Source: a virus | Lineage: Duplodnaviria > Caudoviricetes | Virus record (IMG/VR): IMGVR_UViG_3300037067_011504 | Span: 1-64,000 of that record | Length of the DNA stretch: 64,000 bases | Strand: one strand, 5' to 3' | Part shown: positions 1-8,703 of the stretch, piece after piece | How the letters are laid out: each line of letters starts with the position of its first letter | Numbering within the stretch: the stretch's first letter is position 1 | The notes under the pieces: model-generated | What the model was told of the DNA's origin: nothing | The model's input: only the letters and a program-made list of their open reading frames with translations | The model's database searches: none | Made by a program: the position numbers and the translations under genes

Positions 1-282
1 TTTGTCGCAGGAGATAAGTTGTTAAAATCAGAAGCAAGAAAAAGGTTTGAGAATATATTAAAAGTGATAGGTGTAATCATTGCCATTGGTGCTTTAGGAA
101 CTTCAACATATTTTGGTTTTCGTAATATTCAACAGGGAGCTACTATTATACAAAAACAGGACGATCAGAGTATTCCACTTGTGGTTAATCCGCGTGGTGA
201 GATTCTGGCATTGCCTGATTCAAGTCGTATTATATTCTTTAATAATGATTCAGCCAGGTACCTTATAAAAAAAGAGAGATGA
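1..282 (+). CDS. membrane protein of the lysis cassette, probably 5'-truncated
   Basis: Frame is open from base 1. One TM segment (ILKVIGVIIAIGALG). ATGA overlap with the amidase. Confidence 0.55.
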   Translation, partial: FVAGDKLLKSEARKRFENILKVIGVIIAIGALGTSTYFGFRNIQQGATIIQKQDDQSIPLVVNPRGEILALPDSSRIIFFNNDSARYLIKKER

Positions 283-719
283 TAAACATAATAGTACATT
301 GCAGCGATAGTAGCTGGGGTAATGCTTCAGTAATAACAAAATGGCATGTTGCCGAAAGGGGCTGGGAAACAATAGGATATCACTATGTCATTCTCAATGG
401 ATTACTATCACCTTACAAATTCCATTCTTATTTTGACGGTCATATTGAGACAGGCAGACCTCTTGATGATGATGCAGATATGGAGCTGGATGAAAAGGGA
501 GCGCACGCATTTGGCTATAATAATGCTGTTGGTATCTGTCTTATTGGATTATCCGGTACGTTTACAGATGCACAAATAAGGTCGCTGAATCATCTGATTA
601 ACAGGTTACGGGATCAGTTTGGAGAGATAAAAGTGATGCAACACTCGGACGTGGAACCAAAAAAACCGCAATGTGCAGGACTTACAAGATTGCAAATGAA
701 TGTTTTAAATAGGATATAA
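279..719 (+). CDS. endolysin, N-acetylmuramoyl-L-alanine amidase (T7-lysozyme-like Amidase_2)
   Basis: Zn-amidase motifs IIVHCS, IGYHYVI, GR, GAHAFGYN, GICLIG, F-T-x-AQ and HSD...C. Confidence 0.93.
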   Translation: MINIIVHCSDSSWGNASVITKWHVAERGWETIGYHYVILNGLLSPYKFHSYFDGHIETGRPLDDDADMELDEKGAHAFGYNNAVGICLIGLSGTFTDAQIRSLNHLINRLRDQFGEIKVMQHSDVEPKKPQCAGLTRLQMNVLNRI

Positions 720-720
720 T

Positions 721-912
721 ATGAAATGGTTACTTACAATTACCTGGTCGAAATTAGTTGCGCTTATCTTTCAGACAATGGCGTTTACGCTTGATTGGAA
801 GTTTAAAACTAATGGAACTATATTCATGTTTTCGCTTCCGTTTTCAGTATTTCTGATTACCGGAAAGCAGTATTTTGATGCAAAGAAAGAAGTTAAAGAT
901 TCAAAGGGATGA
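721..912 (+). CDS. putative holin
   Basis: 63 aa with two hydrophobic segments and a charged C-tail, directly after the endolysin. Confidence 0.6.
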   Translation: MKWLLTITWSKLVALIFQTMAFTLDWKFKTNGTIFMFSLPFSVFLITGKQYFDAKKEVKDSKG

Positions 913-1004
913 AGATAACTATCATATTAATAATCTTAGTCGTTATTCTTGCGGTCCTTATCTGGGATCACGTTGACGACTATCTTAAAAATAAACTTAG
1001 ATGA
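909..1004 (+). CDS. small single-TM protein (31 aa), not in the ORF track
   Basis: MKITIILIILVVILAVLIWDHVDDYLKNKLR; ATGA overlaps with both neighbours. Confidence 0.65.
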   Translation: MKITIILIILVVILAVLIWDHVDDYLKNKLR

Positions 1005-1771
1005 AGAGATTAAGGATATTAATAAGTAAATTATCTCATTATATAGGGATATCTATTGATTGGATAGGTAGGAATATTAGTCGTATAAAGACTATCGGAT
1101 TACTATTATTATTTATTTTATTTATCATGTCATTTATAAGTAATGGATGTAATCGTGAACAGGCAAACAGATTGTTTAGACAGGTGACAGGACTAGATCT
1201 TCAGAATGATATTCTTTCTCTTCATAATAGAACATTAAAGGATTCATTGAATAGAGAAATGATTATAAGACGTCAATTAGAATATTCAAAAGCATTATTG
1301 CTAAAAGAAAAAGATAGTCTTATAAAGAATAATAAGATTCTAAAGAAACGTCTGGCAGGTATTCCTGAATGGTTACTAAATATGCCTGCAGATAGTTCAT
1401 ATAAGTTTCTTAATGAGATAGCATATCCTTATCCCGGGAAACAGATATATCCTTTTAATGAACCACAGATAAAAAATATACATAAAGATTATCTGGAGAA
1501 TATTCAGCTAACAGGACTTGTTGTTACATTGGAGAATCAATTGATCAATTGTGAGAAGATAGGAGATAATGCCGATTCATTAAGAGTTAGTTATATGAAG
1601 AGTTATAATACAGCAGAGAAACAAAAGTCTAATCTGGAAAAGATTATTGTAAATACAGAAGAAAAGGCAGATCTTTACAAGAATGAATTAGATAAGAATA
1701 GAAGAAGAAAAGGATTCTGGAAAGTAACATCAATGATAGAAACAGTAGTAATATTAATTTTAGCATTATAA
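1001..1771 (+). CDS. spanin-like protein
   Basis: N-terminal hydrophobic stretch ending in SNGC, long coiled coil, then a basic patch and C-terminal TM; lies in the lysis cassette. Confidence 0.55.
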   Translation: MKRLRILISKLSHYIGISIDWIGRNISRIKTIGLLLLFILFIMSFISNGCNREQANRLFRQVTGLDLQNDILSLHNRTLKDSLNREMIIRRQLEYSKALLLKEKDSLIKNNKILKKRLAGIPEWLLNMPADSSYKFLNEIAYPYPGKQIYPFNEPQIKNIHKDYLENIQLTGLVVTLENQLINCEKIGDNADSLRVSYMKSYNTAEKQKSNLEKIIVNTEEKADLYKNELDKNRRRKGFWKVTSMIETVVILILAL

Positions 1772-1775
1772 ATCA

Positions 1776-2474
1776 ATGACAGGTTACCAGTATATTTACG
1801 ATGTCAGATCTCAGTTAAGAAATAATCATATAACTGATGAGGATCTTCTTACTGAGAGACAAATAGAGTTCTGGATAGTAGCACAAAGATCTACATGGAT
1901 AGAGAGAAGGGATTCTGCATATATCAATATTGATCATTCATTGGCACAGGTATTGACAGAGAGTGTTATATCTATTGACAGATCTATGTTGCCTGATAGA
2001 GTTGAAGCAGGATATAGAATATTGAGGACAAACAGGAAATTACCACGTATGATTAATTTTACATCATGGGATGGTGTTATTAATGCTGGTCCGATAGATA
2101 TGGCATCTCCACGGTTTAATCATTGTGAATATAATGAAGCAATAAACAGTGGTAATGGACGGTTTAATAAAGATCAGATATATTCATTTATACTTGATGA
2201 TTATCTATTTATAGTATCAAAATCAATAAGTAATAGTTGGTATCTTATATCGCAGGTTGGTGTAATGGGCATATTTGAGAACCCGAGAGATCTTGGTAAC
2301 TTCATTCATGTCACCGGTGATCCATGTTGGAGTCTTTCACAAGAATATCCCATAAGTCTTGATTTATGGAATTATATGAAAGATCAGATAAAGACGATGA
2401 ATATAGATATGTTATTAAAGGTTCCTGTTGATAAGACTAATGATGATAATGATTCTAAAAATAATATACCATAA
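1776..2474 (+). CDS. crAss-like tail ring/neck protein
   Basis: Size, position before the muzzle, and RQIxFW...R / GIFENP / EYPIS pattern recalled from crAss ring proteins. Confidence 0.65.
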   Translation: MTGYQYIYDVRSQLRNNHITDEDLLTERQIEFWIVAQRSTWIERRDSAYINIDHSLAQVLTESVISIDRSMLPDRVEAGYRILRTNRKLPRMINFTSWDGVINAGPIDMASPRFNHCEYNEAINSGNGRFNKDQIYSFILDDYLFIVSKSISNSWYLISQVGVMGIFENPRDLGNFIHVTGDPCWSLSQEYPISLDLWNYMKDQIKTMNIDMLLKVPVDKTNDDNDSKNNIP

Positions 2475-3106
2475 TGGCATCATTAACTAAGACAGAGGGT
2501 AAGACTGGCGTATTGAGTTACGGATTATATAAAATGTATAAGAATCGTTTCAAATATAAACCAAAGATAATTGATGGTGAAAAGAAGATCATTGGTTTTG
2601 ATCAATATGAGACATATGGTAATAAAGTAAATTATGTTGATAAGACTTGTGATGCAAATGTTCAATATCATGTATGGTTAAGAATATGTAAGAAGTTTAA
2701 TCATCTTAAGATACAATCGATATTACGTGGTAATATTTTTAAAATGCCATGTAAACTAGGTTCTATAGGAGTTATACAGCAACAACAGAAAATAAAGTTT
2801 AATGAAGATGGAGAGATAATAAAACGTAATATGTGTATAGACTGGAATTCATCAATAATATTATGGAGAAAACTTTATCCGGAATGCAAGACAAAGGAAG
2901 ATTTTAAAAAGATAAAGAATAAACCTATATGTTATTATACAAATGAACATACAGATGGTAGGATATTTCGTTTTGGCTGGAAGAAGAAGATGAGTGCATT
3001 AAGAAATAGATCAGTATATTTGTTTGACGTAGGGAAGCAATATAAAAATGAATTACGTGATCTTATTTATAAGAATCCAAATATTCAATTTTGTACAAAA
3101 TTTTAA
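2474..3106 (+). CDS. crAss-like IHF/HU-like basic protein
   Basis: FKMPCKLG, IDW, YTNEHT-G-FRF-W pattern; very basic; lies between ring genes as in Crassvirales. Confidence 0.6.
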   Translation: MASLTKTEGKTGVLSYGLYKMYKNRFKYKPKIIDGEKKIIGFDQYETYGNKVNYVDKTCDANVQYHVWLRICKKFNHLKIQSILRGNIFKMPCKLGSIGVIQQQQKIKFNEDGEIIKRNMCIDWNSSIILWRKLYPECKTKEDFKKIKNKPICYYTNEHTDGRIFRFGWKKKMSALRNRSVYLFDVGKQYKNELRDLIYKNPNIQFCTKF

Positions 3107-3110
3107 TATC

Positions 3111-3446
3111 ATGGCAGCAATACTTGAATCTAACAAATCGACAAGATCAGAAAATGGTAAGACAACTTATTCAATAAGGGAATCTTATGAGAATGATGAA
3201 TCAAAGACACTTAATGTAAGAGAGGTAGAGAATGGTTTTATAGTTCGTATAGAACATTCCTATTACATAGGAGAAGGCGATAAGAGATCATGGAAATGTG
3301 ATGAGAAGGAATATATAAGTGTTGATAATCCTCTTGATAAGGTAAAGACACCAAAGGAAGAAGAAAAGAAAGAGATGACATCTGCTGATATAGCAAGTAC
3401 TATCAGTGGATTTATCGCAGGAATGAGTAATAAATTATTGATATGA
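3111..3446 (+). CDS. hypothetical protein
   Basis: ATG 3111 (MAAILES) just after the upstream stop is more plausible than 3048; ATGA overlap downstream. Confidence 0.6.
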   Translation: MAAILESNKSTRSENGKTTYSIRESYENDESKTLNVREVENGFIVRIEHSYYIGEGDKRSWKCDEKEYISVDNPLDKVKTPKEEEKKEMTSADIASTISGFIAGMSNKLLI

Positions 3447-4219
3447 ATCCATTTGAATTAGTCGAGAGGCAAAATGATAAGATACAGTTTGCTTCTATTG
3501 AACGTGTAATAGAGATGATATATAGAGATTACAAGTTCATCACGAGGATAAAAGTATCTGATGTATTGGAATGGATAGGATCTATATATGGTCTTATTAA
3601 TGCACCTAATATGTTTAGACAGAAGATTACAGGAGCAGATATACTAACTCCCAATATAACTATAACACAATATAGAGGTGTATTACCAATAGATTTTATA
3701 AAGGTTCTCAAAGGAGGTATAAGAGACTATGACAGTAAAGAGGTATATAGAGAGTCAAGAGCAACACATACAGCAAGTAGATATGATCTTAACAGCGATC
3801 CTGCATATCAGAATACAGATAAGGTATACAAGATAAAAGGAGGATATATATTTATTGAGGAAGAGGAGAAGACTCTGGAGATGTGTTACCAGGCATTTCC
3901 TATTGACGAGAGAGGTTATCCTCTTGTACCTGCTGAACAGAGAGTCCTCGAATATGCAAAGGAATTCATATCAGAGAGGATAGCATTCAATCTTCTTGCA
4001 GAGAAGAAGATCGATCCATTCATATATGACAGGATAAATACCAGCAGGATGTGGAGAGCGGGTGGTGCTCATACAGCACTCATACGTCCTGATCCTGATA
4101 TAATGGAGTCATGGACGTGGGCAAGATTAAAACTTACAAGTATAATAGGACAACATGATTCTTCATATGCTTATTTTGGTAATGTAGAAGATCTGACATT
4201 GGGAACGAATACTGACTAA
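3443..4219 (+). CDS. tail ring / tail tubular protein
   Basis: YRGxLP and Y-x-AFPIDERGYPLVP pattern; immediately upstream of the muzzle. Confidence 0.7.
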   Translation: MNPFELVERQNDKIQFASIERVIEMIYRDYKFITRIKVSDVLEWIGSIYGLINAPNMFRQKITGADILTPNITITQYRGVLPIDFIKVLKGGIRDYDSKEVYRESRATHTASRYDLNSDPAYQNTDKVYKIKGGYIFIEEEEKTLEMCYQAFPIDERGYPLVPAEQRVLEYAKEFISERIAFNLLAEKKIDPFIYDRINTSRMWRAGGAHTALIRPDPDIMESWTWARLKLTSIIGQHDSSYAYFGNVEDLTLGTNTD

Positions 4220-4221
4220 TA

Positions 4222-7200
4222 ATGCCAAGACATGTATCATCATATAAAGGTGGAATGGATAAAGATTCTTCGAAGAATAAGTATTCTCCGGATTCTTATT
4301 ATAATATGAAGAACTTTCGCGTTACATCATTTGATGAGTTATGTAATGGTAATGTCATATCAATAAAAGGAAATACATTATTATTATCGGCACCGACATA
4401 TGGTGGTAGTGCATATATATATGATTTTGTTATTGGATGGAAGATAATACGTAATTATCTTGTTGTATGGACCACTGATTGTAATACTGCTGATCCCGGT
4501 GGTGCTGATGCAGCATCAAGAGGAACAATACATAGAACAGATCTATCTGTTGCAGTTCCATCATGGACATTGGTATATACTAATAATGCAATGAATCTCA
4601 CTGCACAACATCCAATATATGATGAGGTAGTAGGATATTATGAATCAGATACACTGATAAAAGTATATTGGACAGATAATTTTAATCAGATAAGATTTAT
4701 AGATATTATTGCACCGGATATAACAGATGTATCTGAGTTAGATATATTAGGAGAGACAGATTTTGTACAGCCTACAATACGTAATATATTATCAGGATAT
4801 ATATATGCAGGGATGATACAATATGCATTTCAGTATTATAATATCAATGGTGTTGAGACATGTTTCTCTCCATGTACTCCATTGATACATCTTACACAGT
4901 CTGGTGAAGGACTCACAGGAGCATATATAAGACTTTATAAAGGTACACCTGCATTAGATGATAGTGGTAATCCAAGTAATTCCGGGAAGTCTGTTACTAT
5001 AGAGATAGATGGTGCTGATACTGATTATGATCGTATAAGGATAGTAGCAGTATTATATCGTAATCTTAACCAAGAACCGGATATACATGTGGTAGGTGAA
5101 TATGATGTAATAGATAATCTCGTTATCACAGATTATGGAAGTTATACCATGGGTACAATAACATGGAATGCATTTCGTACATTAGGTAATCCTCATCTTT
5201 TCTGTAAGACTATGACACAGAAAGGAAATAAGATGCTCATAGGTAATATCACAGAGAAGTTTTTTGATATTGATTTTGATGCCAGAGCATATAGGTTTAA
5301 AGCAACTGTTGATGGAGCGGATTGGGTATATGATTGTAAGGTAGGAACAGCATCTACTGGTGTATATCAAACTATTGTTAAGACTGGTGTATGGCCTGCA
5401 GCTACATATCTTATAGCTGCTGCTGAAGTACCTGCAATACATGACTGTGTTTGTCCATATAACTATGACTTTGCTACGTCATTACTACCAGAGGTAGCTA
5501 CATATGATGATACTGATGCATTTGCTTATAAGTATCAGGAGAATGGTATTGCTGATCCTGCAACAGCTACAATAGGAGGAGAAGGACCAAACGTGAAGTA
5601 TGAGTTTTTATATGAATCGATGGTATTTGAAGAATCAGCAAATAGCAGATATACACAACCAGATATTGTAGTGATAGAGGATCTATCAAGTTATGATTCT
5701 TATAAGAATCCATTACGTTGTGCGTATATGTTAAATTTTAAACACGATGAGATATATCGTATGGGTCTTGTGGGAGTAAATAGTAAGGGACAAGATTCAT
5801 TTGTGAAATGGATTGGTGATATTAGGTTTCCTACTGTAATAGAATCTCCATTATGTGCACTTTCTGTTGGTACCACATCTGTAGCACATCCATTAGGTAT
5901 AAAGTTTACAATCAATACTGCCAGTCTTCTTACACAAGATGTTGTAGCTATAAAGATCGTAAGGGTAGAAAGAAAAGAATCAGATAGAACAATATTGACA
6001 CAAGGTATAGCATCTAATATGTTTTTGGTAAGTGCCGGAACAAGTAGTTATCGTGATCTTATAACAGGTTATACAAGATCAATACTTAAAAGACCTACTG
6101 AGGGAATGAATGCAGGTTATCTAGATCAGGATGATGTTATACAATTTATATCACCAGAGATAAATTATTTTAAAAATATATCACCATCAACAAATGATTA
6201 TATAAAAGTAGTATCAAGATTAACTGAAAGGACAACATATCTTCAGCAACTTACAGATACATTGGAAGACTGGGGTACAAATGAAAGAACAGCAGTGATA
6301 GGAGGTAGTGACTTTCCTACATTATTTGATGGTAATAGCTGGATTAATGTAAGTAAATATCTGACAACTAACATTACCGGTGTTACAACATTACCTATAT
6401 ATAATATATTAGATGGTATTCTTGCAGGACCTGTTGAATGGGGTGGAGAAGATGATAATAAAATATCATTGCCATCTACTCCTGGAGGATTTTATATACT
6501 TAATAGGTCATTAGATTTTACAGCATTAACTATGGATACTACTAATCATGAAGGGATCAGTGGTACATGTTTTGTTCTTGTTCTTGATGCAAATATAGAT
6601 CAGGCTGATTTAATAAGTACAGATGAGTTGGAATTATTATTATTTGATTATAAACGTCCTGGTATTGCTGCTGCACAATATGGTGGATTAACATATAGTG
6701 CAAGACAGAATAATACATATATAGATTGTGGGATATATACTTCAATAACCGGTGGTGAAGATGATATAGAGATATATGGAGGAGATACATTTATCGATTT
6801 CCATGAACATCTGAGAACTATGTGGTCAGTTGATGATAATAATGGAGATACTAATCCTGATGTTACCGATGCGCAAAGATTTATGGCTATAACATCATTT
6901 CCTTGTGAATCAGTGATAAATCTTGGTTTGTCACATGGATATAAATTCAGTGCTAATTATACAGATTATTACGTACATGCAATAAGAGAGGAATCAGGGA
7001 ATCATAATGGAGCATTTGGTGCATTGTTAGGATTAATGCCTACTAATGATTATGATCTATTTCAGGATATTAACATGTATGAATATAATTCTGTTTATTC
7101 ACAACAGAATATAAGTAAGTTATATTTCATGGAGCCGACAGACTATGAGTTTACTATACATGATGACACTCTTACAAAGATATCACTTGAAAAGGTTCCA

Positions 7201-8703
7201 AGAGAAGAGACTGATTCATTTTTACAATTCCTTACAGATAATGAGAAGATGTTACCTACAGGTTTTGGTCCTATAAATGATATGTTTGAATTTAAAAACT
7301 TTGTATTGGTATTCATGGATCATGCAATAGGAACATTATCTGTTGACGAGAGAGCAGTACTTCCTATACAGAATAATTCATTACTTGAACTTGGGTCTGC
7401 AGATAACCTTCGTTATTTTGATTTTATATCGACAGATAGCGGTACCATACATCCTATGTCGGTAGAGAAGATAGGTAATGGATTCTGTTGGTTTGATGCT
7501 AATCAAGGTATGTTTGGATTATATAATGGAGAGACACAAGATCTTGGATTGATAAAAGGATTATCGTCTAAGTTTAAAGGATATGCTGATTATCTTAAGG
7601 ATTATGTTAATCAGTTCCATGGTGGAACGATAATGATATATGAGAATAAGAGATATAAAGAAGTCATATGTGCATTAGTAGTATCTGAACTTGCTACATA
7701 TAATACCCAGGATGTATCTTATGTTGAGTTTTGTGTTAATTATTCTCCTGCTATTGCTACTAGAACAAAGGTTATCATTAATGGAGTGGAATGGTATGCA
7801 TCAACAGATGCTGTTGGTGCAGGTATATTAACAATTAATAAGACAGATAATCCTACGCTCAATCCAAAACTTTATGGAGATATACCATACTTCATTTATT
7901 ATAAAGATTATTCATATACATTTTCTTATAGTAGTATTATTGGAGCGTACATGTTTGAGATAGACATATGGCCTACATGGTTGATAGATGGATTAGATAA
8001 TCTTTACGATATTTATGGTAGATTTGTACTATATAAAGAGAATGAAGGTAATCATGGTGAGTTTTACGGTACATATAGAGAAGGGGAGATGGAATATCTG
8101 ATTAATCCACAAGGATCTATAACATGCATATTTAATAATTATGAGTATGGCATGGAAGCTATTACATCAGCAGGTATTAATACTATTGATGAGACATGGG
8201 ATAGTATTATTATGAAGAATGATTATCAATATAGTGTTAGTGATGGTATTGCATGTATTATGGTAAATGCAGGAGATACAATATCAACGCTTGCTCATGG
8301 ACTTGAGATGGGAGATAGAGTAATGTTTTCCGGTAGTAGTATACCTGCAGAGATAGATACTGAGGTATTATATTATGCCTTAATAATCGATGCAAATACA
8401 TTCCAGATCTCCACAACATATGAAGGAGCAGCAGTAGTATTCAATAGTAATGGAGTAGGATATTATCATACTCTAGAGATACCATTAACGGTAGATGATA
8501 ATGTAAAGAGAAGGATGAGAACATGGAGGATAAAAGATTTACGTGACAGAGGAATACTTGCTAATACTCCTAATCTTAAACCAAGGATGAGAGACTCATA
8601 CATAAGAATATTATTAAAATATCTTCATGGAAGCAATAAGAAGATCGTGATGCATGATCTTTATACGTATTATACTGTTACAAGAGAAAGTTTATATAAA
8701 TAG
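4222..8703 (+). CDS. muzzle / tail stabilisation protein (P22 gp10-like)
   Basis: N-terminal GGMDKDSS...YY...NFR, YWTD...RF, FKHDEIYRMG, GGDTF and C-terminal NDYQ...RRMRTWR...RMRD; 1493 aa, beta-rich. Confidence 0.85.
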   Translation: MPRHVSSYKGGMDKDSSKNKYSPDSYYNMKNFRVTSFDELCNGNVISIKGNTLLLSAPTYGGSAYIYDFVIGWKIIRNYLVVWTTDCNTADPGGADAASRGTIHRTDLSVAVPSWTLVYTNNAMNLTAQHPIYDEVVGYYESDTLIKVYWTDNFNQIRFIDIIAPDITDVSELDILGETDFVQPTIRNILSGYIYAGMIQYAFQYYNINGVETCFSPCTPLIHLTQSGEGLTGAYIRLYKGTPALDDSGNPSNSGKSVTIEIDGADTDYDRIRIVAVLYRNLNQEPDIHVVGEYDVIDNLVITDYGSYTMGTITWNAFRTLGNPHLFCKTMTQKGNKMLIGNITEKFFDIDFDARAYRFKATVDGADWVYDCKVGTASTGVYQTIVKTGVWPAATYLIAAAEVPAIHDCVCPYNYDFATSLLPEVATYDDTDAFAYKYQENGIADPATATIGGEGPNVKYEFLYESMVFEESANSRYTQPDIVVIEDLSSYDSYKNPLRCAYMLNFKHDEIYRMGLVGVNSKGQDSFVKWIGDIRFPTVIESPLCALSVGTTSVAHPLGIKFTINTASLLTQDVVAIKIVRVERKESDRTILTQGIASNMFLVSAGTSSYRDLITGYTRSILKRPTEGMNAGYLDQDDVIQFISPEINYFKNISPSTNDYIKVVSRLTERTTYLQQLTDTLEDWGTNERTAVIGGSDFPTLFDGNSWINVSKYLTTNITGVTTLPIYNILDGILAGPVEWGGEDDNKISLPSTPGGFYILNRSLDFTALTMDTTNHEGISGTCFVLVLDANIDQADLISTDELELLLFDYKRPGIAAAQYGGLTYSARQNNTYIDCGIYTSITGGEDDIEIYGGDTFIDFHEHLRTMWSVDDNNGDTNPDVTDAQRFMAITSFPCESVINLGLSHGYKFSANYTDYYVHAIREESGNHNGAFGALLGLMPTNDYDLFQDINMYEYNSVYSQQNISKLYFMEPTDYEFTIHDDTLTKISLEKVPREETDSFLQFLTDNEKMLPTGFGPINDMFEFKNFVLVFMDHAIGTLSVDERAVLPIQNNSLLELGSADNLRYFDFISTDSGTIHPMSVEKIGNGFCWFDANQGMFGLYNGETQDLGLIKGLSSKFKGYADYLKDYVNQFHGGTIMIYENKRYKEVICALVVSELATYNTQDVSYVEFCVNYSPAIATRTKVIINGVEWYASTDAVGAGILTINKTDNPTLNPKLYGDIPYFIYYKDYSYTFSYSSIIGAYMFEIDIWPTWLIDGLDNLYDIYGRFVLYKENEGNHGEFYGTYREGEMEYLINPQGSITCIFNNYEYGMEAITSAGINTIDETWDSIIMKNDYQYSVSDGIACIMVNAGDTISTLAHGLEMGDRVMFSGSSIPAEIDTEVLYYALIIDANTFQISTTYEGAAVVFNSNGVGYYHTLEIPLTVDDNVKRRMRTWRIKDLRDRGILANTPNLKPRMRDSYIRILLKYLHGSNKKIVMHDLYTYYTVTRESLYK

